Shown: piece after piece, positions 15,794-25,600 of the stretch | Layout: every line of letters begins with the position of its first letter | Numbering within the stretch: the stretch's first letter is position 1 | Source: Desulfobacterium sp. | Lineage (GTDB): Bacteria > Desulfobacterota > Desulfobacteria > Desulfobacterales > SURF-7 | Assembly (NCBI GenBank): GCA_013824585.1 | Contig: PNOB01000001.1 | Coordinates: forward strand, 1-38,904 | Length of the DNA stretch: 38,904 bases | Direction of reading: 5' to 3' | The notes under the pieces: model-generated | What the model was told of the DNA's origin: nothing | What the model saw: only the letters and a program-made list of their open reading frames with translations | The model's database searches: none | Program-made: the position numbers and the translations under genes

Positions 15794-17242
15794 TTATGCT
15801 GTTTTACGTTTCGACAAGATAGGTGAAATTGAATACAAAAACAATTGTAAAAAAGCAAAATATCCAAGGTAGGGTGTGAATGCAAAAAGAACAACCAGTG
15901 GCAAATCAATACGTCCAATCCATGGATTTTTATCCATTAACCGGCCAACATGCACATACTTTGCCGGAAAAAGGTTCATCAGAAAGGCTGCTGCAACCAT
16001 GACACCGGAACAGAAAAAATACCAGAATGTGATGCTTTCCGATCCCTGGTCCATGGCCTGGGCAAAAATAATCAGGGGGGAGGTGACAAAAAGTGCCGCT
16101 GCAGGCGTCGGCATTCCTTTAAAGATGCCGGGTATCGGGTTTTTATCCAGTGTAAAGTAAACCAGTCTTGAAATTCCAAAAACAGTATATAAAATGGCAA
16201 TGATGCTGATCGGAAGACGGGTTGTTGAAACTTCAGAGAGGCAGATATAGTAAATCCATGCAGGTGCAATGCAGAAACTGACTGTATCAGCAATATCATC
16301 CATAATTCCGCCAAATGTGATCTTGCTTTTGCCGGGTGTGGCAGGAGCGTCATCGGCAAGGCCGAGCTTACGTGCCATTGCACCATCCAGTTTATCAAAA
16401 ATGGCAGCACCAATCATGATTAAAAAGGCTTCCTTGATTCTTCCCTGGTGGGCAAAAAAAACAGCTAGGAGTCCCATCATTGCGTTCATGACCGTCAATG
16501 CATTCGGAAACACCGCCAGGATTCGTTTCCTGAGGCTTTCATTTCCCAGGCAGAGTTCATCAAGACAATAGTTTCCGTATCTCCTGCAATACCTCGCAAT
16601 AGAGGCGAAATTGATGATCAGAAATACAATTTCAAAGACAAAGAAAACACGGATCGGGATATTTCCCAGCCAGGATATCCAGGAGTAAAGCTTTATAGAA
16701 GGTCCATCCGGGATGCAGAATGCATGAGCATATAACAGCGCACTGAGTGGAGCAGCAACAATCGTCCGTAATCGAGTGAACTCACTGGGTTCAGGTTCCT
16801 GTCCTCTTCGAATTGCAAATCCGCGCATGAATGATGCAAAGTTATCCCGTATCAATACGGTAACGCATATGAACAGAACAAAAATGGCATGAAGAAATTC
16901 AATTTTGGTATATTCTGGCTTGATACGAAGCATACGCCACATCATACCTGCGGTAAGCAATGGGAAAATAATGGAGTAAACAATTTTATCCATGATTCGA
17001 TCCGCTAAATGAGCCAGTGCATTGTTGGGATGAAAACGGGCTGCAAACCATCCGTCAACAAGATCAAACGTCATGGAAACAAACAGGCAGGACACACCCA
17101 GTAAATATGGAATTGGATTTTGAGTCAACATGACCGCTATGGCACAAATCATCCCGGTAAATGCAAGAGGTGGCCGACCATAGATTAACAGGAGTGTTAT
17201 CTTTTTTGGGAGTTGTTTTGGCGATTTTGTATTCTGTGACAT
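15794..17242 (-). CDS. tandem (double) CDP-alcohol phosphatidyltransferase membrane protein
   Basis: Two copies of the D-x2-D-G-x2-A-R...D-x3-D signature are present: FDLVDGWFAARF...LADRIMDKI (N-half) and FDKLDGAMARKL...GGIMDDIADT (C-half). The protein is hydrophobic throughout its 482 aa. Confidence 0.75.
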   Translation of the reverse strand: MSQNTKSPKQLPKKITLLLIYGRPPLAFTGMICAIAVMLTQNPIPYLLGVSCLFVSMTFDLVDGWFAARFHPNNALAHLADRIMDKIVYSIIFPLLTAGMMWRMLRIKPEYTKIEFLHAIFVLFICVTVLIRDNFASFMRGFAIRRGQEPEPSEFTRLRTIVAAPLSALLYAHAFCIPDGPSIKLYSWISWLGNIPIRVFFVFEIVFLIINFASIARYCRRYGNYCLDELCLGNESLRKRILAVFPNALTVMNAMMGLLAVFFAHQGRIKEAFLIMIGAAIFDKLDGAMARKLGLADDAPATPGKSKITFGGIMDDIADTVSFCIAPAWIYYICLSEVSTTRLPISIIAILYTVFGISRLVYFTLDKNPIPGIFKGMPTPAAALFVTSPLIIFAQAMDQGSESITFWYFFCSGVMVAAAFLMNLFPAKYVHVGRLMDKNPWIGRIDLPLVVLFAFTPYLGYFAFLQLFLYSISPILSKRKTA

Positions 17243-17386
17243 AAGAAGATATCTATCTTGTTTTCACCAATGAGATAATATTTAATTTCATTATTGATTT
17301 TCAGGTTCGAGATAGCTTGTCCTATCCCATAACCGAAATGTGATCATGAAGCAACAGTTTGTTGGCTTTGTGTTAAAAACCGTGAG

Positions 17387-19684
17387 TCAATTCGCATTTT
17401 TAATAAACTCATAGAGCTTACGGTTTGTGCAAACTTCAAAATACTTTCGGTTGGTCATGCGAATCACATCCAGCGCATCATTTGAAACCAGGGGTATTTC
17501 CGCTTCTCTTATGACAAGTCGCTGATATTTTCCGGAAATTGTCGGGAATGTCCCGGTATATACGACAAATTTTTCATCCTGTATGTCCGGTGCATGACAC
17601 CGTATTTTTTGGAGGTTGATCTCTTCTTTTAATTTGTCAAACCCTTCCGGGTTCAACTCAATACCATTTACATTATATCTGGATAGCTGATCATCGGATG
17701 AACCATTCATATTTTCATCCGATGATCTCTGATATACATATAGGTTAAAAGGCAGCTTTTTCTCGGCAAATTTTTTGCGAAGAGATTTGGTGCATCCTGA
17801 TAAACGATCCGCAAGGTTAATGGCCGGCGAAATCATAATCTGGTTATCCCCATCAAAAAGGTATGTGGGTGGAGTATTCCGATAGCAGATGCCAATACCC
17901 TGTTCCAGAATGGGGAGTCTGTGTTTTTTTGATTTTGCATTGTATCGCTGCGTGATCATCAGCATATTGATGGCAAGTCCGCATGCACGGGCAACTGCAT
18001 ACCAGTCTTTGGGGGTATCTTCTTTTTCAAAAATAGAAAGGATAATGGCATCCCCCTCAATAAAAACCTTTTCCGCACCATACTCGGAAAGCATTTCGGT
18101 GATAGGGTTGAAAAAATTAAAACTGAAATAGGAGGCAGGGTTCAGACCCCTTTCTTTGATTTGATGCGTGATATCCGTCGAGCCGCGAACATCTGTTTTT
18201 AAAATAACATGATTGACAACAGGCTTTTCAACATCAGTTTGTTCACTTGAGTGTAAAAAATCATAAAGTGTATGGTTGATTCTGGACAATCTCAAGGTGT
18301 TTTCATCATCTGTCAGGTTGATCCAGTCCATAGCCTCTTTTAAGATTTTATAGTTATGAAGGTCTCTGTGATAACACACAATCCCTTTTAGATATTGAAA
18401 CAGATATTGTCTTCTAATCTCATTTTTTGTTTTTTTCTGTTTTTTTGCAGCCCGGATCAGTGGCTTCAGATCGGTTGCCTTTCCATCTGATCCTTTCAGA
18501 CGTTTCAGTTTGCCAGCGATTTCGTTCCGTTCCTTTGGTGAAACTAGATATTTTAATACTTCCAAGGGATTCAGGGGAGGACAATAATCCCTGTAAATCT
18601 GCTGTATCTCGAAAGAAGCAATGATTCCGTCGATCATTTTTATTGCTTTAATTTTTTTATAAAAATAATTGAGACGGTTCTTTCGAATTTTGACTTCATT
18701 TTTAAGGCAGAGGATTTCATCCTTGCTTTTTTTATTGTTTTTATACTCCTTAATTTTTTTCTCATACTCAAAATAGTTAAACAGACTATCCATATTATCA
18801 ATTTCATTGATCAACCCTGACAATTGTTTCATGTCTTCCGGACTAGTTGATTCTGTGATTTCCATTCTTCCATTTTTATGATGAACCTGGGAAAAGAAAT
18901 TTTGGAGAAGATCGATGATCGGAGTATATTTTATAGGGTCGTTCAATCGGTTACCAAACAACACATACGCTTCGATCAGAAAATGATCACTGCTTGAGTT
19001 TTCGGCATTGATAACCGGGTTTGAAAAAAAAGTACCGGGCAGGGATATCGCTGATCCGAAATTGGATTCCCGGATATTTTGAACATCCTGTTTTTGAATT
19101 TCAACCAAAAATTGAAACAATTCACCAGCAACCTGGCTTATGATGCGTCTGCGATTATTTAAGAGATCGGACAGCTCTTCTTTTAATAAAATAACGGTTT
19201 TGATTCCGCTGCTTCTTGAAACTTCGTTTTTCCGAATAATGTTTTTGTAATGCTCCACAAGGCTTTCAAAGCGATTCCGGATCTCTTCCATGATCAGTTT
19301 GGTCAGTGCTGCCTGTGCCAGAAAATCAACTTGATATTCTTTTTGAAGCTTGGCCTGATTGATTGCATTCAGCAATACATCGACACATATTCCTTGAAAA
19401 TCATCCCGTGCATTTGTCCAACCGGAGGTATTTTTTTTAATCGATTCAAATTCAGTTGCATTGGAGTGTATCGCAACAAGGTATTCAATAACTGTCATTA
19501 CTGATTTGCGGAGTTTCGGGCTGATATGAACATCGTGATGAATATTGTCAACGCCGGGTGTCAGTCTTTTTAAAGAAAAATTGACTTTATATGATTTCAA
19601 CTCCGGTAAAATGTGATCGAATATGTTTTTAGGCGATAAGAACAATCTTTTTTCTCCTGACGAATCTTTTTTCCAAAATCTCAA
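17387..19684 (-). CDS. large protein with C-terminal class III nucleotidyl cyclase-like (CHD) domain; about 480-aa N-terminal region unknown
   Basis: The C-terminal part has VILKTDVRGSTDI, KVFIEGDAIILSIF, LEQGIGICYR and SPAINLADRLSG. These resemble the metal-Asp, GD and NxAxR motifs of adenylate/guanylate cyclases. The N-terminal part is helical and Lys-rich with no recognised family. The track start is a TTG. Confidence 0.5.
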   Translation of the reverse strand: MRFWKKDSSGEKRLFLSPKNIFDHILPELKSYKVNFSLKRLTPGVDNIHHDVHISPKLRKSVMTVIEYLVAIHSNATEFESIKKNTSGWTNARDDFQGICVDVLLNAINQAKLQKEYQVDFLAQAALTKLIMEEIRNRFESLVEHYKNIIRKNEVSRSSGIKTVILLKEELSDLLNNRRRIISQVAGELFQFLVEIQKQDVQNIRESNFGSAISLPGTFFSNPVINAENSSSDHFLIEAYVLFGNRLNDPIKYTPIIDLLQNFFSQVHHKNGRMEITESTSPEDMKQLSGLINEIDNMDSLFNYFEYEKKIKEYKNNKKSKDEILCLKNEVKIRKNRLNYFYKKIKAIKMIDGIIASFEIQQIYRDYCPPLNPLEVLKYLVSPKERNEIAGKLKRLKGSDGKATDLKPLIRAAKKQKKTKNEIRRQYLFQYLKGIVCYHRDLHNYKILKEAMDWINLTDDENTLRLSRINHTLYDFLHSSEQTDVEKPVVNHVILKTDVRGSTDITHQIKERGLNPASYFSFNFFNPITEMLSEYGAEKVFIEGDAIILSIFEKEDTPKDWYAVARACGLAINMLMITQRYNAKSKKHRLPILEQGIGICYRNTPPTYLFDGDNQIMISPAINLADRLSGCTKSLRKKFAEKKLPFNLYVYQRSSDENMNGSSDDQLSRYNVNGIELNPEGFDKLKEEINLQKIRCHAPDIQDEKFVVYTGTFPTISGKYQRLVIREAEIPLVSNDALDVIRMTNRKYFEVCTNRKLYEFIKNAN

Positions 19685-19839
19685 TATTGAGAAGAATTAC
19701 TTTATTTCAGATGATCACTATACGAATTTTGGTTTTTGGAAGATAGTTACCACATATTTTTCAAAGTTCAAGCTTTAATACGCAAAATAGATTCAAATAT
19801 CAGGCGGGGTATTGTTGTATCGGGGTTGGGGAAGGCTGT

Positions 19840-20262
19840 CTAAAGATTAAACCAGTCAGACAGTTTATTCTGGATCTCTTTTTTTGAAAAATAAGGTTCT
19901 TCATTGGGATAAATTCCAACCCTCAGGGAAATATAGTCTTCATTTCCCCAGGGCCACCAGACAGCAAACAGAATAGGTGCGGTTGTTTCACTGGATGTAA
20001 ATAAAATTTGTCCAGGGATGATGCCAAAAATAGAATTGATGAAGTTATCGATAAAATCAGATGCAGTGTCAATACTGGTGAAATCCCACTGATGCGGGAA
20101 CTCTTTCATGAGGGTTTGTAAAAGAGGTTCCTTCTCTGTTTTATGAAAAACAATGCGAATCACCTGAAAATCTTCATCCCATGATGAGGTATAAGGGGAA
20201 GGTATGGAATCGCGTACTTTATTGCATATCTGTTTGAAATGGGTCAGATCGATTGTGTTCAT
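19840..20262 (-). CDS. hypothetical protein (140 aa)
   Basis: ATG-initiated ORF collinear with its neighbours. No recognisable motif, signal peptide or TM segment. Confidence 0.45.
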   Translation of the reverse strand: MNTIDLTHFKQICNKVRDSIPSPYTSSWDEDFQVIRIVFHKTEKEPLLQTLMKEFPHQWDFTSIDTASDFIDNFINSIFGIIPGQILFTSSETTAPILFAVWWPWGNEDYISLRVGIYPNEEPYFSKKEIQNKLSDWFNL

Positions 20263-20364
20263 CTGTAAGATTCAACTCAAAGTATTTAAATTTAAAAGAG
20301 AATATAATTCATCGTATGGATGATGTCAATCCGGAAAATGAAAATCCGGGAATTTCATTTTCAA

Positions 20365-21756
20365 CTATTGAGATTTTGCACCTTGTTTGTTTGAATTATC
20401 GGTACTCTCTTTTTTGGGGAAATCCCGCCATGGCTTGCCGGATTTATATGATTCTAAATGGTTATGGAATTCATCCATTGCCTTTTTATTCTGGACCCGG
20501 CTTTTGCTCATTAACAGGATTGATTTCTCCTGAGTTGAAATCGCTTCCTTAAAATTACCAATCTCCGCATAGGCTGCTGCAAGAGTATCCAGTTTAAATG
20601 AATCCGGTCTGGTAAGAAAGGCCTTGGTACTTAACTGTACTGCCCGTTTTCCATCTCTTGATTTGGAATCCGGACATGTTGAGAGTATCCATGCAAGACT
20701 GTTATATGCCTCAGGATCACTCGGATTTATTTCCATTGTACGGGTATAGTCTGCAATCGCTTTCTGGTATTCTCCCATGTTTCGCCAGGCAATACCACGA
20801 TTGTTGAAGGCATTGATATAGTGAGGTTCCAATTCAATGGCCTTGGAAAAATCCGTAATTGCGAATTGATATTTTCGAAGGGTAAAATAAATAATTCCCC
20901 GGCTGTTATATGCTTTGGATAGTTTTGGATTCATCTTGATGGCTTGTGAAAAATCTTGCAATGATTTCCGGAGATCTCCCTTTTTAAACCATGCAACGCC
21001 TCTGCTGCTGAGCGTTTCCGCATTATGTGAATTCAGTTTCAGCGCATTGTTATAATCATCAATCGCCTTGTCAAAATCAGTTGTAAGGAAATAGGTCATA
21101 CCACGGTTGATAAAAGCATCTTCGTCATAGTAATTGATCTTGATAGCGCTTGTAAAATCGTCGATTGCCTTTTGATACTGCCTTTGTTCACGGAATGCGA
21201 TTCCTCTGCTGTTGAATGCGGCAGTATAACTAGGATTTATTTCAATGGCTTTATCGAAATCGGAAATTGCTTTTGCATAATCTCTTTTGTTTTTCCATAT
21301 GATTCCGCGGCTGTTATAGGCCGAAGCTAATACCGGATTTGTTTGCTTAATAATTGAGTTGAAATCTTCCACTGCATTGTCATAATCGTTCATGATATAA
21401 CTGGTGACGCCTCTGTTGTTGTAGGCTTCGGTAAAGGTCGGATCCAGTGCGATTGCTTTGCCGAATTCAGCGATTGCCAAATCAAACTTTTCCTTTTTTT
21501 TCCAGGCAATCCCAAGACTGTTGTGGGCAGGCGCAAAATAAGGATCAAGCTTGAGGGCTTCATTGAAATCTTCAATTGCGTTGTCGTATAATTCAGATTC
21601 TATGAATGACCTTCCCCGGTTATATCTTTCTGTCGCGCTCATTCTGGAAGAGGGATCTTCGGCCAGATGTGTATCCTGAATGGTCTGACACCCATACAGG
21701 AATGACAATAAAATGATATAATTGAGACAAATTGATATGCGTGCCATGTTTTTCAT
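20365..21756 (-). CDS. TPR-repeat lipoprotein
   Basis: The signal plus lipobox reads ..YIILLSFLYGC. About 11 consecutive 34-aa TPR units follow, with the recurring pattern A..D(F/Y)..AI..NP....A(Y/F)NSRG. Confidence 0.85.
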   Translation of the reverse strand: MKNMARISICLNYIILLSFLYGCQTIQDTHLAEDPSSRMSATERYNRGRSFIESELYDNAIEDFNEALKLDPYFAPAHNSLGIAWKKKEKFDLAIAEFGKAIALDPTFTEAYNNRGVTSYIMNDYDNAVEDFNSIIKQTNPVLASAYNSRGIIWKNKRDYAKAISDFDKAIEINPSYTAAFNSRGIAFREQRQYQKAIDDFTSAIKINYYDEDAFINRGMTYFLTTDFDKAIDDYNNALKLNSHNAETLSSRGVAWFKKGDLRKSLQDFSQAIKMNPKLSKAYNSRGIIYFTLRKYQFAITDFSKAIELEPHYINAFNNRGIAWRNMGEYQKAIADYTRTMEINPSDPEAYNSLAWILSTCPDSKSRDGKRAVQLSTKAFLTRPDSFKLDTLAAAYAEIGNFKEAISTQEKSILLMSKSRVQNKKAMDEFHNHLESYKSGKPWRDFPKKESTDNSNKQGAKSQ

Positions 21757-21765
21757 TCATACCCC

Positions 21766-21783
21766 TAACCCGGATAACCCGGA
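21766..21783. repeat. tandem direct 9-mer (TAACCCGGA x2) in the 5' leader of the TPR lipoprotein gene
   Basis: The sequence reads ..cccc TAACCCGGA TAACCCGGA tg.., 10-27 nt upstream of the minus-strand start codon at 21756. Confidence 0.5.
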
Positions 21784-22103
21784 TGTCTGCAAAACAATCT
21801 GATTTCAACTTGACTGTTTTATTTTCAACGTCAATATTTTAAAAATGTCTATATTTTTAATTACATCCACGATCCAAAACTTCAACCTTTTTCTTACAGG
21901 AAACACAAACTCGATACGTTTAAATATGGTTTCGGTTTGTTTCATCAATCGCCATTAATATTTCAAAAATTTAATAATAGCCTGTTTTCATAATAAAATA
22001 TTTGTTTACATCCGCATGTTGTCCGTCAAGGTAAAAAGCAAGGATCAATATATAATTTTTTCTCAACTGAGATCAAGAAGTCGTCCATTTAAACGGAAGG
22101 GTA

Positions 22104-22132
22104 TTGACAGACCCCCAAAAACCGGATTGAAT
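22104..22132 (+). promoter_or_regulatory. putative promoter of the plus-strand envelope cluster
   Basis: TTGACA at 22104-22109, a 17-nt spacer, then TTGAAT at 22127-22132. It lies about 75 nt upstream of the ATG at 22208, inside a 450-bp AT-rich divergent intergenic region. Confidence 0.3.
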
Positions 22133-22207
22133 ACAACTCTACAAGGAAGCAACGTTTGGCAGATATTATGATACGGACTCGAAAGAGATTTGAAAGGTTG
22201 ATATGCC

Positions 22208-22618
22208 ATGAGCTATGTCTGTAACTTGTTTGGTGAACTATCGAACATTTCCATGGAAGATTTTAACAAACTCAAGGATCGTTTCGCACGACATATGCAT
22301 CTTGATGTCTTTGAACATAAAGAAGACAATATTCTGGTAATTGACGCTGGTTTCAACAGCAGAAAAAAAGTCAGTTGGGTTGAAAAATTTGTTTATCATT
22401 ACATTGCAGATTCTATCCCGCTTGGCCGATTTGAAAAATTGTATTTCAAGGAAGGATATACTTTTTCCTGTGTTTTTTTTGGACACAAACAATTTGAAAT
22501 TGTTCGTTACTCTACACCAGAACAACCTGCCTGGTGGCAGGGGGAATCAACAGATTATATCAATACTTTAAAAAACAGGATCATGGATCTTTTGCGAAAA
22601 GGAGTAGTTTTGGAATAA
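22208..22618 (+). CDS. hypothetical protein (136 aa)
   Basis: ATG-initiated ORF and first gene of the plus-strand block. No signal peptide and no recognised motif. Confidence 0.45.
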   Translation: MSYVCNLFGELSNISMEDFNKLKDRFARHMHLDVFEHKEDNILVIDAGFNSRKKVSWVEKFVYHYIADSIPLGRFEKLYFKEGYTFSCVFFGHKQFEIVRYSTPEQPAWWQGESTDYINTLKNRIMDLLRKGVVLE

Positions 22619-22689
22619 CCAACCGAAATTATTATTATCATTACAATCCTTACTTAAAAACGTAAATCTTTTTTCAATATACTGTTCAT

Positions 22690-25600
22690 ATGAGCAATAC
22701 GAAAATAAAAAGCCTGCCATTTTTCTGGTTAGGAAAAATCTCACTGTGGATTGTGATGTTTTTTTTATTTCTCTGTTCCTCAAGTATCTATTTTCTCTTT
22801 ATTCTTCCTTCTGTTCTTACTTCTGAATCGGTTGAAGCCATTATTGAAAAAAGCTCAAAAAAATTGTTGAATATCTCTCTTGAGATCGATGACATCCAAT
22901 ATACTTGGCCAGGAGGATTGCAGATCGTGAGTTTTGAGATACGCGGTGACCCATTACATTATCCAGATCCCATACTCCATATTGATGAAATTGCATTCAA
23001 TATTTCTATTCCGGATGTATTTCCTGGAAAGATTGATTTTCATATTTTTGCAAAAGGAATTACTTTCCATTTTTTTCGGGATGCGGATGGAAAAACCAAT
23101 ATTGATTCCCTGATGACATCTCAAAATGCAATGGAAAAAACCTCCCGGGTTGACGCCAATGATAAAACAGTCAATGCCCCTTTTTCTCTTCCAATAGACC
23201 TGGGTGCAAGAATCGAATTAAGAAACATTGTCATTTCAGCCAAAGATCAGATTACGGATAAAAAGGTGCTTATTGAAAATGGAATGTTCCTCCTGGATAG
23301 TCCATCACTGCATTCCCGGGAAACCAATCTGAAACTATTTGTGGATGTTGCATTGAACGATAAAAAGCTGCCTCCAGTCGATCTGATGCTCAGGGTTTCG
23401 AATATACTGGATCCGGAAACAGCTTCTGTTTTGCCTGAAAAAATGGATGTCTCTTTCAGTGGAAAACTTCCGGGAAGTACAGTATCTGCTGATGGCACTC
23501 TATCCGGTAAAGGAATAGAAAGCGTTGTAGATGTTGATCTGGACGAGATTCATGAAATACTTTTACCTTTTTTACCGCCCCATATTGCGAATTCGAAGAT
23601 CAGCGGTTCTCTCCATATGTCAACCGTGTTGAAGATGAATTCCAAAAAGGATCTCTTTTTTGATTCCTCCGTGCAACTGGATGGCATCTCCTTGTCCGGA
23701 CCAATGATTCAGAATAGAACGATCTCAGGGTTTCAAGCCCGCCTTTCCAATAATGGAAACATTAATCTATCCATCAAGCAACTGAATATCTCCTCCGGAA
23801 AACTAAACCTGCTTCACAAGAGTGAGCTTTCCTATCATGGCACATTGAAGTTATTCGATCAGCCGGTCCAGGATTCTTTTATATCACTTGATACGGTGTT
23901 CATTGACATTGGTGAACTTCTGACGATTGGTAAACCATTTTTACCGCCCAACTTTCCCATAGATTTCGGGAGAGATGATCAATCCCCTGTTTTGCATATC
24001 AATGGTGTTGCCCTGAAAGGAGATTTTTTATCTGGTGCTTGTATCGGCACGGTTGAAAAATTAAATCTGGCTGTTCCCTATATTGAAATCAGGAACAGAG
24101 ACCTGAAAATAGTTGTCAATAACACTCATTTTGATCTTTACCAGTTCAGTACAGACCTCAACCGTTTTTTTCCGACTCATATTCTGTTTTCGAGTTCATC
24201 AGGAATAGATACGGTTTTCATCGATACAAAAGAAAAAATTGATTTGGAAACCATTTCCATTCCGAAATTTCAATTTCAGATCAAAGATATCCAAAAAAAT
24301 CCCAATTCATTGTTTGGCTATACGGCAACACTTTCCGGAGAACAACGCTTCGAAATTCAGAAAATAAAGATGTCTTCCACGGGAGAGATTGCCGGATTCA
24401 GTCAGACATTGGATGCTTCATGCAAGCTGCTTCCGGAAAAAAAAGCCGTGTTTGACATCAAGGGGGTTTCTATCGGAGCTTCCGACCTGGTCTTGAAAAA
24501 TGAAGCAATCGGAGCGTTTCAGACCAGTCTGGATATAAACAACTCGGATACTACAGTAGTAATCAGTAGTGTGAGTCCGCCTGAAATTGATATCCTGGGC
24601 ATGAAAAACCGGATCCGGGTTGGGGATTTTGCAGAACTCAATTCATTGGCGGATATCCGGAATCTGGCTCGGCAAGGAATGGAAACAAAGGGTGATCTGG
24701 CAATCAACCTGGGAAATCTGTTTCAAAAATTAACTAAAAAGCCAAAACAGGTCTCGAGCCTTAATGGAACCGTTTTTCTGAAATGGTCCCTTGATGGAAG
24801 AAGGCCTGAAGTTTCTGAAATAACCAATCTCCAACAGAGATCTGTAACCGATTTACAAAAGGATCTGGCCTTCATCAATCAGGTTCAGATAGAGCTGTCG
24901 CTGAATCAGATTCATACAAACCTGGTTTTCAATCCGGAATCAAGGATTCAGATAAAAAATTTTTCAGCGGAACCTCTTGTTCATTATATTTATGATGGAA
25001 AAAAGGGAAGGGGTAATTATGAAGGGGGTTTTACACTTCTCGATGTTGATTCCAATTGGATTCCAGTGGATCATAAACCTATCTCAGCAAAATTTTCTTT
25101 TTCCGGAACCCATGATGGCTTACAGAAAGTATCGATGATTCAGAATTTTGAAGTCGCATCACTGGGCTTCCATGAGTCAATCCGTTTCGCCCTTTCCGGA
25201 CTGGATCAATCCATCCTTCAGAACAGGGAGAAAAATCTGCCTTATTTCCTGAAAAAAACCGGTGGGTCATTTACCGGTCAAGTCTCCATGAATGACATGA
25301 CGGTAGTGAATCAGATCCAAAAACAAATGACAGCAGGTGGCGCTTTTTCAGCAGGATTGGATTTACTGATGGTTCCTGGATCAAAGCTTGGGGGGAAAAC
25401 CTGGATAAAACTAAACGATGTAATCCTGGAAAATGGACGACAATTTTCCATTCATGACCTTTCAGGCGATATTCATCTTGAAAAAGAGTATTTGCTTATG
25501 GATAACGATGCAAGGGATAAAAATCCAGACAACCTGGGATCCAGTTCAAATTTATCTGTCAATGTCATGAAACAGCCGGATTTCCAGGAAGAGATATTAC

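Noticed and set aside
15794-20262. Pycsar/CBASS-like defence operon (cyclase plus membrane effector)
   Set aside because: The adjacent multi-TM protein carries CDP-alcohol phosphatidyltransferase signatures rather than a cyclic-nucleotide-binding or effector domain. No cNMP-binding, TIR, patatin or SAVED motifs were seen. The cyclase-like protein is much larger than known PycC enzymes.
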